DNA of 18,006 bases from Candidatus Hodarchaeum mangrovi (GTDB lineage: Archaea; Asgardarchaeota; Heimdallarchaeia; Hodarchaeales; Hodarchaeaceae): positions 1 to 18,006 of the forward strand of contig JAEOUE010000081.1 in assembly GCA_016839515.1 (NCBI GenBank), in the 5' to 3' direction. The notes beneath the pieces were generated by a model that had not been told where the DNA came from, did not search any database, and worked only from the letters and a program-made list of their open reading frames with translations. The translations under genes and the position numbers were made by a program. Shown here piece after piece: positions 1 to 7,885 of this stretch. Numbering within the stretch: position 1 is the first letter of the stretch; every line of letters starts with the position of its first letter.

Positions 1-744
1 CGAGAAACAGCAGCAGCTATTCAGTTCTTGTATAGGTTTCCTAAAGAAAGAATATTGGAAATCAACTCTAACCAATCATTAGATTTTGATGATTTTATAG
101 TACATGCTTTAGATGCCAATCACTGTGTTGGTAGCTTGATGTACGTTATAGAATCAAAAAATGGAACTAAAGAAGTATTTACTGGAGATTTCAGGTTTCA
201 CAGTAAAATGAAAGAAGAATTTGATTTGATTCAGGGAGCAGAAACACTTTGGGTAGATTTTACATATGGAAAAGACCCAATCTTTAATTTTCCTACTCGC
301 GAGGAAATGATCTCGGATATAATTACTTTTATCCTATCTAGTGAAAAATATCCTGAAAATACAGTTTGGGTTGCAGCGTATCAAATTGGAAAAGAAAATC
401 TTCTAAAAACCTTAAGTAAAGTCTTTAAAGTAAAATTATGGGCTCCTGATTCTAAATTGAGAATTTATAAAGAGATTGGAGGCGAATGGGATATTTTTAC
501 ATCTAATGAAACATCAAAATTTCACGTGGAAAGCCGACGTTTTGTAGAGGATCTCCATGGTGTTGAAGACGAGAAAAAACTGAGTATGCTTAGTGCGTTA
601 CGTATTTCACCAACTGGTTGGGCTTTAAAATTAAAGGATAAGCATTTAGATGTCCATTTTTTTCCTTATTCCGATCATTGCTCGTTTCCCGAAGTTCATG
701 AATTTATTAAGCTAGTAAATCCAAAAAATATAATAAAAATTTAA
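1..744 (+). CDS. SNM1/Pso2/Apollo-like metallo-beta-lactamase beta-CASP nuclease (5' partial)
   Basis: Frame 1 is open from base 1 (RETAAAIQFLYRFP...), so the gene starts upstream of the window and the TTG at 28 is probably internal. Motifs DANHCVGS, FTGDFRF, VDFTY, FPTREE, YQIGKE, PTGW and PYSDHCSFPE match the SNM1A/Pso2 motif series. Confidence 0.85.
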   Translation, partial: RETAAAIQFLYRFPKERILEINSNQSLDFDDFIVHALDANHCVGSLMYVIESKNGTKEVFTGDFRFHSKMKEEFDLIQGAETLWVDFTYGKDPIFNFPTREEMISDIITFILSSEKYPENTVWVAAYQIGKENLLKTLSKVFKVKLWAPDSKLRIYKEIGGEWDIFTSNETSKFHVESRRFVEDLHGVEDEKKLSMLSALRISPTGWALKLKDKHLDVHFFPYSDHCSFPEVHEFIKLVNPKNIIKI

Positions 745-810
745 CTTTTATTTAATAAGATAAAGCTATAGAACTAAGATTAATATAAAAAGCCATATAA
801 TACTAAAAGG

Positions 811-3009
811 TTGTTGAGAAAGATAAAACTAAGAGATATTCGTGGAATTGGTCCTTCTGTTGAAGAAAAATTATTAAAATTTTTTAAAAATGAACAAAAT
901 GTATTAACAGCTTTACATGAATCTAGGATTGCTGAAATTTCTTCGATTGAGGGTATTGGAGAGCGTTTTGCGTTAAGTTTATGTAGAAATCTCCATTATC
1001 AAGAAACAAATGAAAAGTTAGAGACTTTTCTTAAAACTGAGGATGCAATTTTACTCTATAATAGAATAATTGAAATAATTTCTCATTTTGGGAATACTAG
1101 TTATGCAAGATCTAAATTATTCTTATTTTATCCATTACCAATTTCTCTGAAAGAGAAAATTCTAGAAAGACAGGGTAGATCTAAAAAGGCATTAGAATTA
1201 GTTAAACTAATTGAACAGTCCAATTACACCTTACAAGATTATAATTCTTATTTAAAAGCTATTTCACCTTTGAAAGAGAAAACAAAAACTTTCGATACAG
1301 CTTCTAGGCTAATAGCTACAACAGAAAAACATATTTATAATGAAATCCTTTTGAATGAGGTTGGAAAGCACTGTGAAGTCATCTATATTGAAGATATAGA
1401 ACAAGTCCCTCAAATTGTATACGATTATGATGAGATAATCTGGATTGGATCAGATATTCTTTTAGAGGAAAGCTATCCTAATGTTATTAATATTTCAGAA
1501 TCTAAAAAGAATGATATTGTTCAAATAATACCTGAAAAAATTTTACAATATTTTGGGACAAATAAGAGAACTTTAGTTGCTCTATCCAGGTTAGCAAATT
1601 TACTCCAATCGATTTCTCCATCTGTATTGCCTAGTTACATAGGTGACCTTGATTTATCCATGCTTATTAAGATGGGTAGTGATTTAAACAACTTAGATGA
1701 GTCTGGAGAACCAAATCAGAATATAAATGTAGAGTACTTAAGGTTGTTTAATGCAGAAAAAAATTTTGAGATCAAATTAACAGAAATCCAGATGGAATTA
1801 AATGATGAATTGCAAAATAAACTCCAAGGAACAACTGTTGAACTTGGAGGAGAAAAAATATTAGCATTATTAAAAAACATGTCATATACAGATCCAAATT
1901 ATTCTGGAAATGGAGTAAAATCCGATTTACGTGAGTATTTGGATGATGAGCTTCATTTAGCTTTTGAGGAAATTATAACAACAGCTGAGGAAAAGCTAAT
2001 AATTCAGCTAGATTTAAAATCAGACGAAATAGAATATTTTACAGGGATTTTTCCAAGAGAACTTAGATTTCCAATCGATCGGAATGAGGAAAATTATCAA
2101 AAAGCAAGTACTTTTTTAAGACAAAAGAGGGGAATGAAAGCTTTTGAATTAAAGGTAAAAATCGCAAAATCACTTGAAAAATTTACTGAGATATCAAAAA
2201 AGGGACTAAATCTGTTTCTTGAATTAGATTATCTTTTAATGATAGGACGATTTACCCAAGAGTATAAATTGGTACTTCCTAAAATGATTGATGACCATGG
2301 TACTGGCTTAGTAGTTGAAGAAAGTCGAAATTTGTTCTTATGTCAGCAGGAACTTCGTGGGAAAATAAAAGTAAGCCCTGTTTCATATGCTTTAGGTGAA
2401 ATAGGTGTTTTATCCAATAAGGTTAAAGGAGAACGGGTAATTCTTCTTTCTGGGGCTAATAGTGGAGGAAAGACTTCTTTATTGGTTTCAATCGGGATTA
2501 TAATAATATTAGGCCATATGGGTCTTCCTATTCCATGCAGAGAAGGTATCATAGGAGGATTTAATGAGTTCCACTATTATCGAAAGTCTTCAGGTCAGAT
2601 GGATGCTGGAGCCTTTGAAAGTACTTTGAAGACACTTTCTAATATGATAATGAGCCCCAAATCACGATTAGTACTAGCAGACGAAATGGAAAGCATTTCA
2701 GAACCAGGTGCTTCTGCTCGTGTCATTGCAGCAGTTTTAGATTTATTAAATCATTCACCGAACTCTGTAGGAGTCTTTGTGACGCACTTGGCACAAGAAA
2801 TAGCTAAATATAATAGAGAAGGTTTGAGAATCGATGGAATAGAGGCACAAGGACTTTCTGACGATTTGGAATTATTAGTGAATAGAACTCCAATTTATTA
2901 TAAGTATGCGAAATCAACTCCAGAATTAATTGTTAGAAGATTAGAAAAGATCTCGAAAGGGGAAGAAAAGGCAATCTATTCTTATATTCTAAAAGCATTT
3001 GATTCTTAA
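811..3009 (+). CDS. Archaeal MutS-family ATPase (MutS2/MutS5-like) with N-terminal helix-hairpin-helix motifs
   Basis: HhH motifs IRGIGP and IEGIGE. MutS domain V shows Walker A SGANSGGKT, DAGAFESTL, Walker B LVLADEMES, VFVTHL, RIDGIEA and STPELIV. No mismatch-recognition GxFYE motif and no Smr domain seen. TTG start. Confidence 0.9.
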   Translation: MLRKIKLRDIRGIGPSVEEKLLKFFKNEQNVLTALHESRIAEISSIEGIGERFALSLCRNLHYQETNEKLETFLKTEDAILLYNRIIEIISHFGNTSYARSKLFLFYPLPISLKEKILERQGRSKKALELVKLIEQSNYTLQDYNSYLKAISPLKEKTKTFDTASRLIATTEKHIYNEILLNEVGKHCEVIYIEDIEQVPQIVYDYDEIIWIGSDILLEESYPNVINISESKKNDIVQIIPEKILQYFGTNKRTLVALSRLANLLQSISPSVLPSYIGDLDLSMLIKMGSDLNNLDESGEPNQNINVEYLRLFNAEKNFEIKLTEIQMELNDELQNKLQGTTVELGGEKILALLKNMSYTDPNYSGNGVKSDLREYLDDELHLAFEEIITTAEEKLIIQLDLKSDEIEYFTGIFPRELRFPIDRNEENYQKASTFLRQKRGMKAFELKVKIAKSLEKFTEISKKGLNLFLELDYLLMIGRFTQEYKLVLPKMIDDHGTGLVVEESRNLFLCQQELRGKIKVSPVSYALGEIGVLSNKVKGERVILLSGANSGGKTSLLVSIGIIIILGHMGLPIPCREGIIGGFNEFHYYRKSSGQMDAGAFESTLKTLSNMIMSPKSRLVLADEMESISEPGASARVIAAVLDLLNHSPNSVGVFVTHLAQEIAKYNREGLRIDGIEAQGLSDDLELLVNRTPIYYKYAKSTPELIVRRLEKISKGEEKAIYSYILKAFDS

Positions 3010-3010
3010 T

Positions 3011-3046
3011 GATTTATTTTTTTAGAAGCCATTTTTTGTCTTTTTA
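3011..3046 (+). terminator. Putative oligo-T archaeal terminator after the MutS gene
   Basis: Three T-tracts (T7, T6, T5) immediately follow the TAA at 3009, ahead of the convergent tRNA. Confidence 0.45.
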
Positions 3047-3052
3047 AAGTAG

Positions 3053-3126
3053 TGGGCCGGACCAGATTTGAACTGGCGACCTATTGCGTGTGAGGCAATT
3101 GTCATACCGGGCTAGACCACCGGCCC
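3053..3126 (-). tRNA. tRNA-Val: tRNA-Val(CAC), intronless, CCA not encoded
   Basis: Reverse complement reads GGGCCGG-TG-GTCTAGCCCGGTATGAC-A-ATTGC-CTCACAC-GCAAT-AGGTC-GCCAG-TTCAAAT-CTGGT-CCGGCCC-A: 7-bp acceptor stem, anticodon CAC, archaeal-type TTCAAAT T-loop, discriminator A. Confidence 0.97.
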
Positions 3127-3274
3127 TTGTTTATAAAAGAATCCTCTGTCGATCAAACGCTATTAAAAATCTCTGAGTTTTAATTCTTCTGGAATCGGAT
3201 TATTTTTTACCAGATTAGTTTCTCAAACATTCTTTAATATAGATTGTTAATTCTTGGTTTGTTCCTAATAGATG

Positions 3275-3991
3275 TTATTTTTTATATGCTGGAACAACCT
3301 CAAGAATTAATTGTTCTTGGAGAATATTTATAACTTCTATTGTTTCCGACTCTTCTATAAGGACTTTTGATCGTGCTTTCCAAATTGCTCCTGCTATTTT
3401 GACATTTCCGATTTTGTCTGGTTCAATAGTTGATGTTACTTTTCCGAATTTCCCAATAATGTCTGAAGCCTCCCCTACTATTGGGGGAATTTGTTGAGTT
3501 TTCCTAATCCGTGTCCAAATTAAAATAAAGAAGACACTTATAGATCCAAATCCATAAGCAATCCCTCTTAAGGGATCTTGCCATAAAATCTCTCCACCGA
3601 CTAATCCAATTAAGAATAATCCTAAAAGTACTGGAATAAAAGGTACGATAATACTTAAATCCCCTCCTTGTGATGTAAAAAAGCCCGAAATAATAATGAA
3701 TATAATTATAATCAATGGCCATGTGAATATTTGTGTTTCTGATGATTGAGAGACAAAATCACCTCCGAGGATGAGGGTAATTGAGATGATCAAAATTATA
3801 GGTAACCAGTTTATTACTTCTACTCCTCCTCCTCCAATTAACCACAATAAAATCAGTATAAATATAGATATCCCAAATATTATAAGGCCTAAATCATATA
3901 AAGGCGATAAATTAAGAAATGATCCAATAAAGGTAAGAATAAGACCTAGAATAATCCCTGAAATTGCAAATTCCTGTAATTCTGATGACAT
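3275..3991 (-). CDS. NfeD-family membrane protein (multi-TM region plus C-terminal OB-fold), no protease domain
   Basis: About 6-7 hydrophobic segments, then GKFGKVTSTIEPDKIGNVKIAGAIWKARS...IEVI...LEV, typical of the NfeD C-terminal domain. Confidence 0.85.
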   Translation of the reverse strand: MSSELQEFAISGIILGLILTFIGSFLNLSPLYDLGLIIFGISIFILILLWLIGGGGVEVINWLPIILIISITLILGGDFVSQSSETQIFTWPLIIIIFIIISGFFTSQGGDLSIIVPFIPVLLGLFLIGLVGGEILWQDPLRGIAYGFGSISVFFILIWTRIRKTQQIPPIVGEASDIIGKFGKVTSTIEPDKIGNVKIAGAIWKARSKVLIEESETIEVINILQEQLILEVVPAYKK

Positions 3992-4020
3992 TTAATTTCA
4001 CTTTTTCTACTAATATATTT

Positions 4021-4032
4021 ATCTTTAAAGAT
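4021..4032. promoter_or_regulatory. Palindromic TATA-like element ATCTTTAAAGAT in the divergent nfeD/beta-CASP intergenic region
   Basis: Perfect 12-bp palindrome about 30 nt upstream of the nfeD ATG. The same ATCTTTAW core occurs upstream of hsp20 and the CBS-HPF gene. Confidence 0.4.
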
Positions 4033-4236
4033 TTTTACAAATTGGAACCAATGACTGGAACAATCATATATTTGATTTGATTTTTTTTTATTAAAGCCAC
4101 AAATTAGAACATAAATTAATGAACCAAAAATTTTTCTAATAATTGCAAGGATTATTTTTACTTTAAATCAATAATTTATAACCTAAATAGAAAAAATACA
4201 AATTTCGATAATAATATTGCAGCTTAATTGATAAAA

Positions 4237-5616
4237 ATGCTTGAAATTCGATTTTTTGGCGCTTCGGAATCTATCGGAAAATCATGTGTAATGATTTCTG
4301 ATTATGATAGACAAGTGATTCTCGATGCAGGAATTCAATTACACCCTCGAAGAACTGGTCTTCTTTCCACTGGTCCTAGTCATGTTGATGATTATGCTTC
4401 TGAAACTACTGCAGTTATATTATCTCATGCCCATGTAGATCATTCAGCATATATTCCTGCACTTTATCGTGCAGGATATAACGGTTTAACACACCTGACC
4501 TATCCAACGAAAGATTTAGTAAATATACTTTGGAAAGATCATTTAAAAATTGAAGGGTCAAACCATTTTAATTATTCAAACCTTAAAACAGCAATGCGTA
4601 AAATGAAACAGCATGATTATTCAAAAAAATTCAAGATTGATAATGGAGTCACCTGTGAGCTTTTAGATGCAAGTCATATCCTAGGTAGCGCATGTATTTT
4701 GTTAGATTGGGAGGGGACTAGGATTTTGTATTCAGGTGATTTCAATAATGCAAAGACACCATTTCATGATCCAATAGTTTTCCCCGACCCTGAGGAGCCA
4801 ATTGATATTTTGTTGATTGAAACAACTAATGCAAATCGAAAAATAAACAGTAGAAAAGAAATGACCTCACAATTAACAAAATCGCTTTTAAAATGTTACA
4901 GTCGTGGAGGTAAGGCCATAATTCCTTCTTTTGCTTTGGGAAGATCTCAAGAAATACAATCTTATTTATCTAGTGATTTTGATTCATTTCTAAGGAAATT
5001 TCCAGTGTATATTGATGGAATGATTCTTGAAATGAATTCAGTTTATAATAAATATTTAGATGAAAAATGGGTGTCTCCTAGAGTTTTATTGGATCTAAAG
5101 GAAAAAGGATTTCGTTCACCTTTTGAACATGAAGGAATTCGCTCCATCGATGAGGTTCCTACTTCTGGAGGTAGAATGAAGAAAAGAGAAATGCTTTCTA
5201 ACCAAGAAAATTCAAGTATAATCCTCACAACTTCTGGCATGCTGGAAGGAGGTCCTGTTTACGATTATTTACGTTTGAACGGCTCTGACCAGAAAAATGG
5301 TCTATACATTGTTGGGTACCAAGTTTTAGGAACCATAGGCTCTGATGTAATTTCTGGACAGACTGATTTAGTGTTAATTGATCATCTTGGGAAACCATTT
5401 CGCGTAAATCTTTCACTTGAAGTCCAACAATTTGAGTTTTCAGGGCATTCATCTTTAGAAGGTTTGATTCAAATGGTTAGATATACTTCAGCAAGTAAAG
5501 TATTCGCGATGCATGGAGAACCCGAATCGCAGGAAAAGTTTTCTTCTTCTATAACTAATATTGAAACTGACATTAATATTTTGTCCTCACACGAAATTTT
5601 ACCCCAATATCCTTAA
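4237..5616 (+). CDS. CPSF73-type metallo-beta-lactamase beta-CASP ribonuclease without N-terminal KH domains (aCPSF1b/aCPSF2-like)
   Basis: Motifs LSHAHVDH, HILGS, YSGDF, IETT, PSFALGRSQE, TTSGMLEGG, VGYQ..GT.G, FSGH and MHGE (motif C His, RNA-type). ATG 4237 preferred over TTG 4228. Confidence 0.92.
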   Translation: MLEIRFFGASESIGKSCVMISDYDRQVILDAGIQLHPRRTGLLSTGPSHVDDYASETTAVILSHAHVDHSAYIPALYRAGYNGLTHLTYPTKDLVNILWKDHLKIEGSNHFNYSNLKTAMRKMKQHDYSKKFKIDNGVTCELLDASHILGSACILLDWEGTRILYSGDFNNAKTPFHDPIVFPDPEEPIDILLIETTNANRKINSRKEMTSQLTKSLLKCYSRGGKAIIPSFALGRSQEIQSYLSSDFDSFLRKFPVYIDGMILEMNSVYNKYLDEKWVSPRVLLDLKEKGFRSPFEHEGIRSIDEVPTSGGRMKKREMLSNQENSSIILTTSGMLEGGPVYDYLRLNGSDQKNGLYIVGYQVLGTIGSDVISGQTDLVLIDHLGKPFRVNLSLEVQQFEFSGHSSLEGLIQMVRYTSASKVFAMHGEPESQEKFSSSITNIETDINILSSHEILPQYP

Positions 5617-5652
5617 ATTTAACTTTAATAGAAAAATAAATGAGGATTATCT

Positions 5653-6075
5653 GTGAGTCTCAAAATAAAACTTAGTTCTTTATCACAAAATGAGATTAAT
5701 TCAATTTTAATGGTTGAAGATGATATAGAAGAAGTAGCTTTGTTATTTGGAGTTAGAGATAACAATTTGATTTTTATACGAAATGTAAAGCATGTATCAA
5801 ACATTGACAATTCTTCTACTAGTTTCTCTATTAGTCCATTTGAACTAATTCAAGAGATTAAATCATTTGAATCAATGGGAGAGGAGTTAATTGGGTTTTT
5901 TCATACTCATCCTCTGGGATCTCAACTATACCCATCAAAAAAAGATATTTCCTTTATGTATAATTGGCCATATCCTTATATTTGGATTATTGGTGGAATT
6001 TGGGCTTTAGAGAAAATGAGAATATTCACTTTAAAAGAAAATAATGTCGTAGAGTTAGAATATTCACTTGAATGA
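5653..6075 (+). CDS. JAB1/MPN/Mov34 (JAMM/MPN+) metalloprotease, desampylase/deubiquitinase-like
   Basis: EEVALLFG Glu motif and GFFHTHPLGSQLYPSKKD JAMM motif. GTG start with GAGGA at 5642-5646. Confidence 0.9.
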   Translation: MSLKIKLSSLSQNEINSILMVEDDIEEVALLFGVRDNNLIFIRNVKHVSNIDNSSTSFSISPFELIQEIKSFESMGEELIGFFHTHPLGSQLYPSKKDISFMYNWPYPYIWIIGGIWALEKMRIFTLKENNVVELEYSLE

Positions 6076-6088
6076 TCAATTGTCATCC

Positions 6089-7114
6089 TTAGAGAATGAT
6101 TGGAATATCTGTTCCACACGATTGACATAGGCCATCAAGACTAAGTCCTACTATTTCCGTATGGTATCCTTCCCTTATAATCAATGGATTATTACAAATA
6201 TGGCAAAAAGTATTGGAACCTAGGGGAGTTCGAACATTTCCGAGGTATATATAATTTAAACCAACATCTTTAGCAATTTTATATGCTTTTTCGAGTGTAT
6301 TTAAAGGAGTCAATGGTAAATTAAGGAGTTTATAGTCAGGATGAAAGCGAGAAAAATGGATTGGTGTGTTTGGGCCTAAATTTTCAAATATCCAAGTACA
6401 CAGTTCTTCAATCATCATATCCGAATCATTTTTTGTTGGAATAATTAAATTCGTAATTTCTAAATGCACATTTAACTCTTTAAAAATGGAACATGTGGTT
6501 AAAATTGCTTTCCAATTTGTGGCTCCACAAATTTCTTTGTAAAACTCATCGGAAAATCCTTTAATATCGATATTAGCTGCATCAAGTAACGGGCCTAATT
6601 TTAAGGCTAGATCCTTATTTATATACCCATTGTCAACTACAACCATCTTCAAATTTTTCTCATCAGCTAAATTCGCTATATCTCTAATGTACTCAAATGC
6701 TATCATAGGTTCATTATAGGTGGATGCAATGGAAGGAACCTTTTTTGACTGAGCAATTTTTATGATATCGCTTGGATCCTTTTTTTGTAATCTTGATACA
6801 GATCTTTCCATTGAAATGGAGTAATTCTGACAGTTCAAACACTCCATGTTACATCCATGAGAACCGAATGATAATATTCCAGTTCCAGGAAGAAAATGAT
6901 AAAGGGGCTTTTTTTCAATGGGATCGACTGCTAGAGATGATATTAACCCATAAGTTCTAGGTTTTATCTCACCATTTTGATTCCACCGTGCACCACACCA
7001 GCCAATCTCATTTTCTAATAAGGCACAATACCTAGGACATACAAGACATTGTGATTTTCCTGATTTTAGTTTTTTATAAAATAACCAGTCTTCTGAAGTT
7101 AATTTAAATTCCAT
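6089..7114 (-). CDS. amrS: AmmeMemoRadiSam system radical SAM enzyme
   Basis: N-terminal CLVCPRYC...GWCGAR, DPIEKKPLYHFLPG, CNMECLNC (CxxxCxxC), TYNEP, NIDIKGF, HFSRFHPDY, YIYLGNV and two C-terminal CxxC pairs. Confidence 0.93.
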   Translation of the reverse strand: MEFKLTSEDWLFYKKLKSGKSQCLVCPRYCALLENEIGWCGARWNQNGEIKPRTYGLISSLAVDPIEKKPLYHFLPGTGILSFGSHGCNMECLNCQNYSISMERSVSRLQKKDPSDIIKIAQSKKVPSIASTYNEPMIAFEYIRDIANLADEKNLKMVVVDNGYINKDLALKLGPLLDAANIDIKGFSDEFYKEICGATNWKAILTTCSIFKELNVHLEITNLIIPTKNDSDMMIEELCTWIFENLGPNTPIHFSRFHPDYKLLNLPLTPLNTLEKAYKIAKDVGLNYIYLGNVRTPLGSNTFCHICNNPLIIREGYHTEIVGLSLDGLCQSCGTDIPIIL

Positions 7115-7146
7115 TTTTTTCCCTAATTAATTTATAAAATTAATTT

Positions 7147-7881
7147 TTATCTTATTGTTATTTGGTTTGTGTTTTCATCTTGATCAAGCAATCCTTTTTC
7201 TGTCATTCGCCCCAAGGTTCGTGTGATTATAACTGGAGATATGTGATCTTTTAAAGCTTCTTTTAGCCCATCTATGGAAGTTCTACCAAGATGCATAACT
7301 ATAGCTAAGATGTCTACTTCTGGTATGTCTTCAGCTGATTCTTCTAATAAATACGAAATAACGGAATTTGCTTCTTTTAACTCGTTAATTTCAACACGAA
7401 GCCTTGTAGTTATTTCTTTTTTCTCCTCTAATTCTTGATTGAGTTTTTTCTCGAATTCAGAATTTTCTTGAGTTAATGAAGAAACACGGGTTCTTTTTTT
7501 CGATATTTTTGTATTTATTAATTCATTTTCAGAAAGACTTTGTTTCATTTTTTCTTCTATTTCTTGTAATTGAAATTTTTTTTCTTCTATTTGATTTTTC
7601 TTTTGATTTATTTCTTCTAATGTTACATTTCTTTTGGTAATTATATCATCTTTCGAATTGGCGAGTGTACTGATTTCTTCTTGATGCGAAGCTATCTTTA
7701 CTTCCTGTTCTGTGATCTGATTATCAACTGTTTCTTTTTCTTTGATTAAAGTTTCCAAGTAGTCTCTAGATTCACGAAATTCTTGTGCTCTTGAAAATAT
7801 AAGTTGTTTTATATCATCTGCCAACCGATCTAACGATTCACCACTTCTAATGAATTTTTCACGTATCGTATCAGTATCCAT
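7147..7881 (-). CDS. Uncharacterised long coiled-coil protein with C-terminal winged-helix domain (paralog B)
   Basis: About 170 aa of E/K/Q/L/I-rich heptads, then PEVDILAIVMHLGRTSIDGLKEAL...IITRTLGRMTEKGLLDQDENTNQITI (wHTH pattern). GGAGG SD at 7891-7895 on the minus strand. Confidence 0.8.
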   Translation of the reverse strand: MDTDTIREKFIRSGESLDRLADDIKQLIFSRAQEFRESRDYLETLIKEKETVDNQITEQEVKIASHQEEISTLANSKDDIITKRNVTLEEINQKKNQIEEKKFQLQEIEEKMKQSLSENELINTKISKKRTRVSSLTQENSEFEKKLNQELEEKKEITTRLRVEINELKEANSVISYLLEESAEDIPEVDILAIVMHLGRTSIDGLKEALKDHISPVIITRTLGRMTEKGLLDQDENTNQITIR

Positions 7882-7885
7882 TGAA

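Noticed and set aside
2343-2552. 69-aa minus-strand ORF
   Set aside because: Antisense shadow inside the MutS ATPase domain; no motifs.
3040-3280. tRNA-Val as an integration site for a mobile element
   Set aside because: No integrase or transposase, and no duplicated tRNA 3' end seen in the window.
3504-3995. Short ORFs 3504-3722 (-) and 3771-3995 (+)
   Set aside because: Alternate-frame or antisense ORFs within the NfeD gene.
5043-5810. Minus-strand ORFs 5043-5240, 5225-5452 and 5625-5810
   Set aside because: Antisense to the well-supported beta-CASP and JAMM genes.
6772-6960. 62-aa plus-strand ORF
   Set aside because: Antisense to the radical SAM core.
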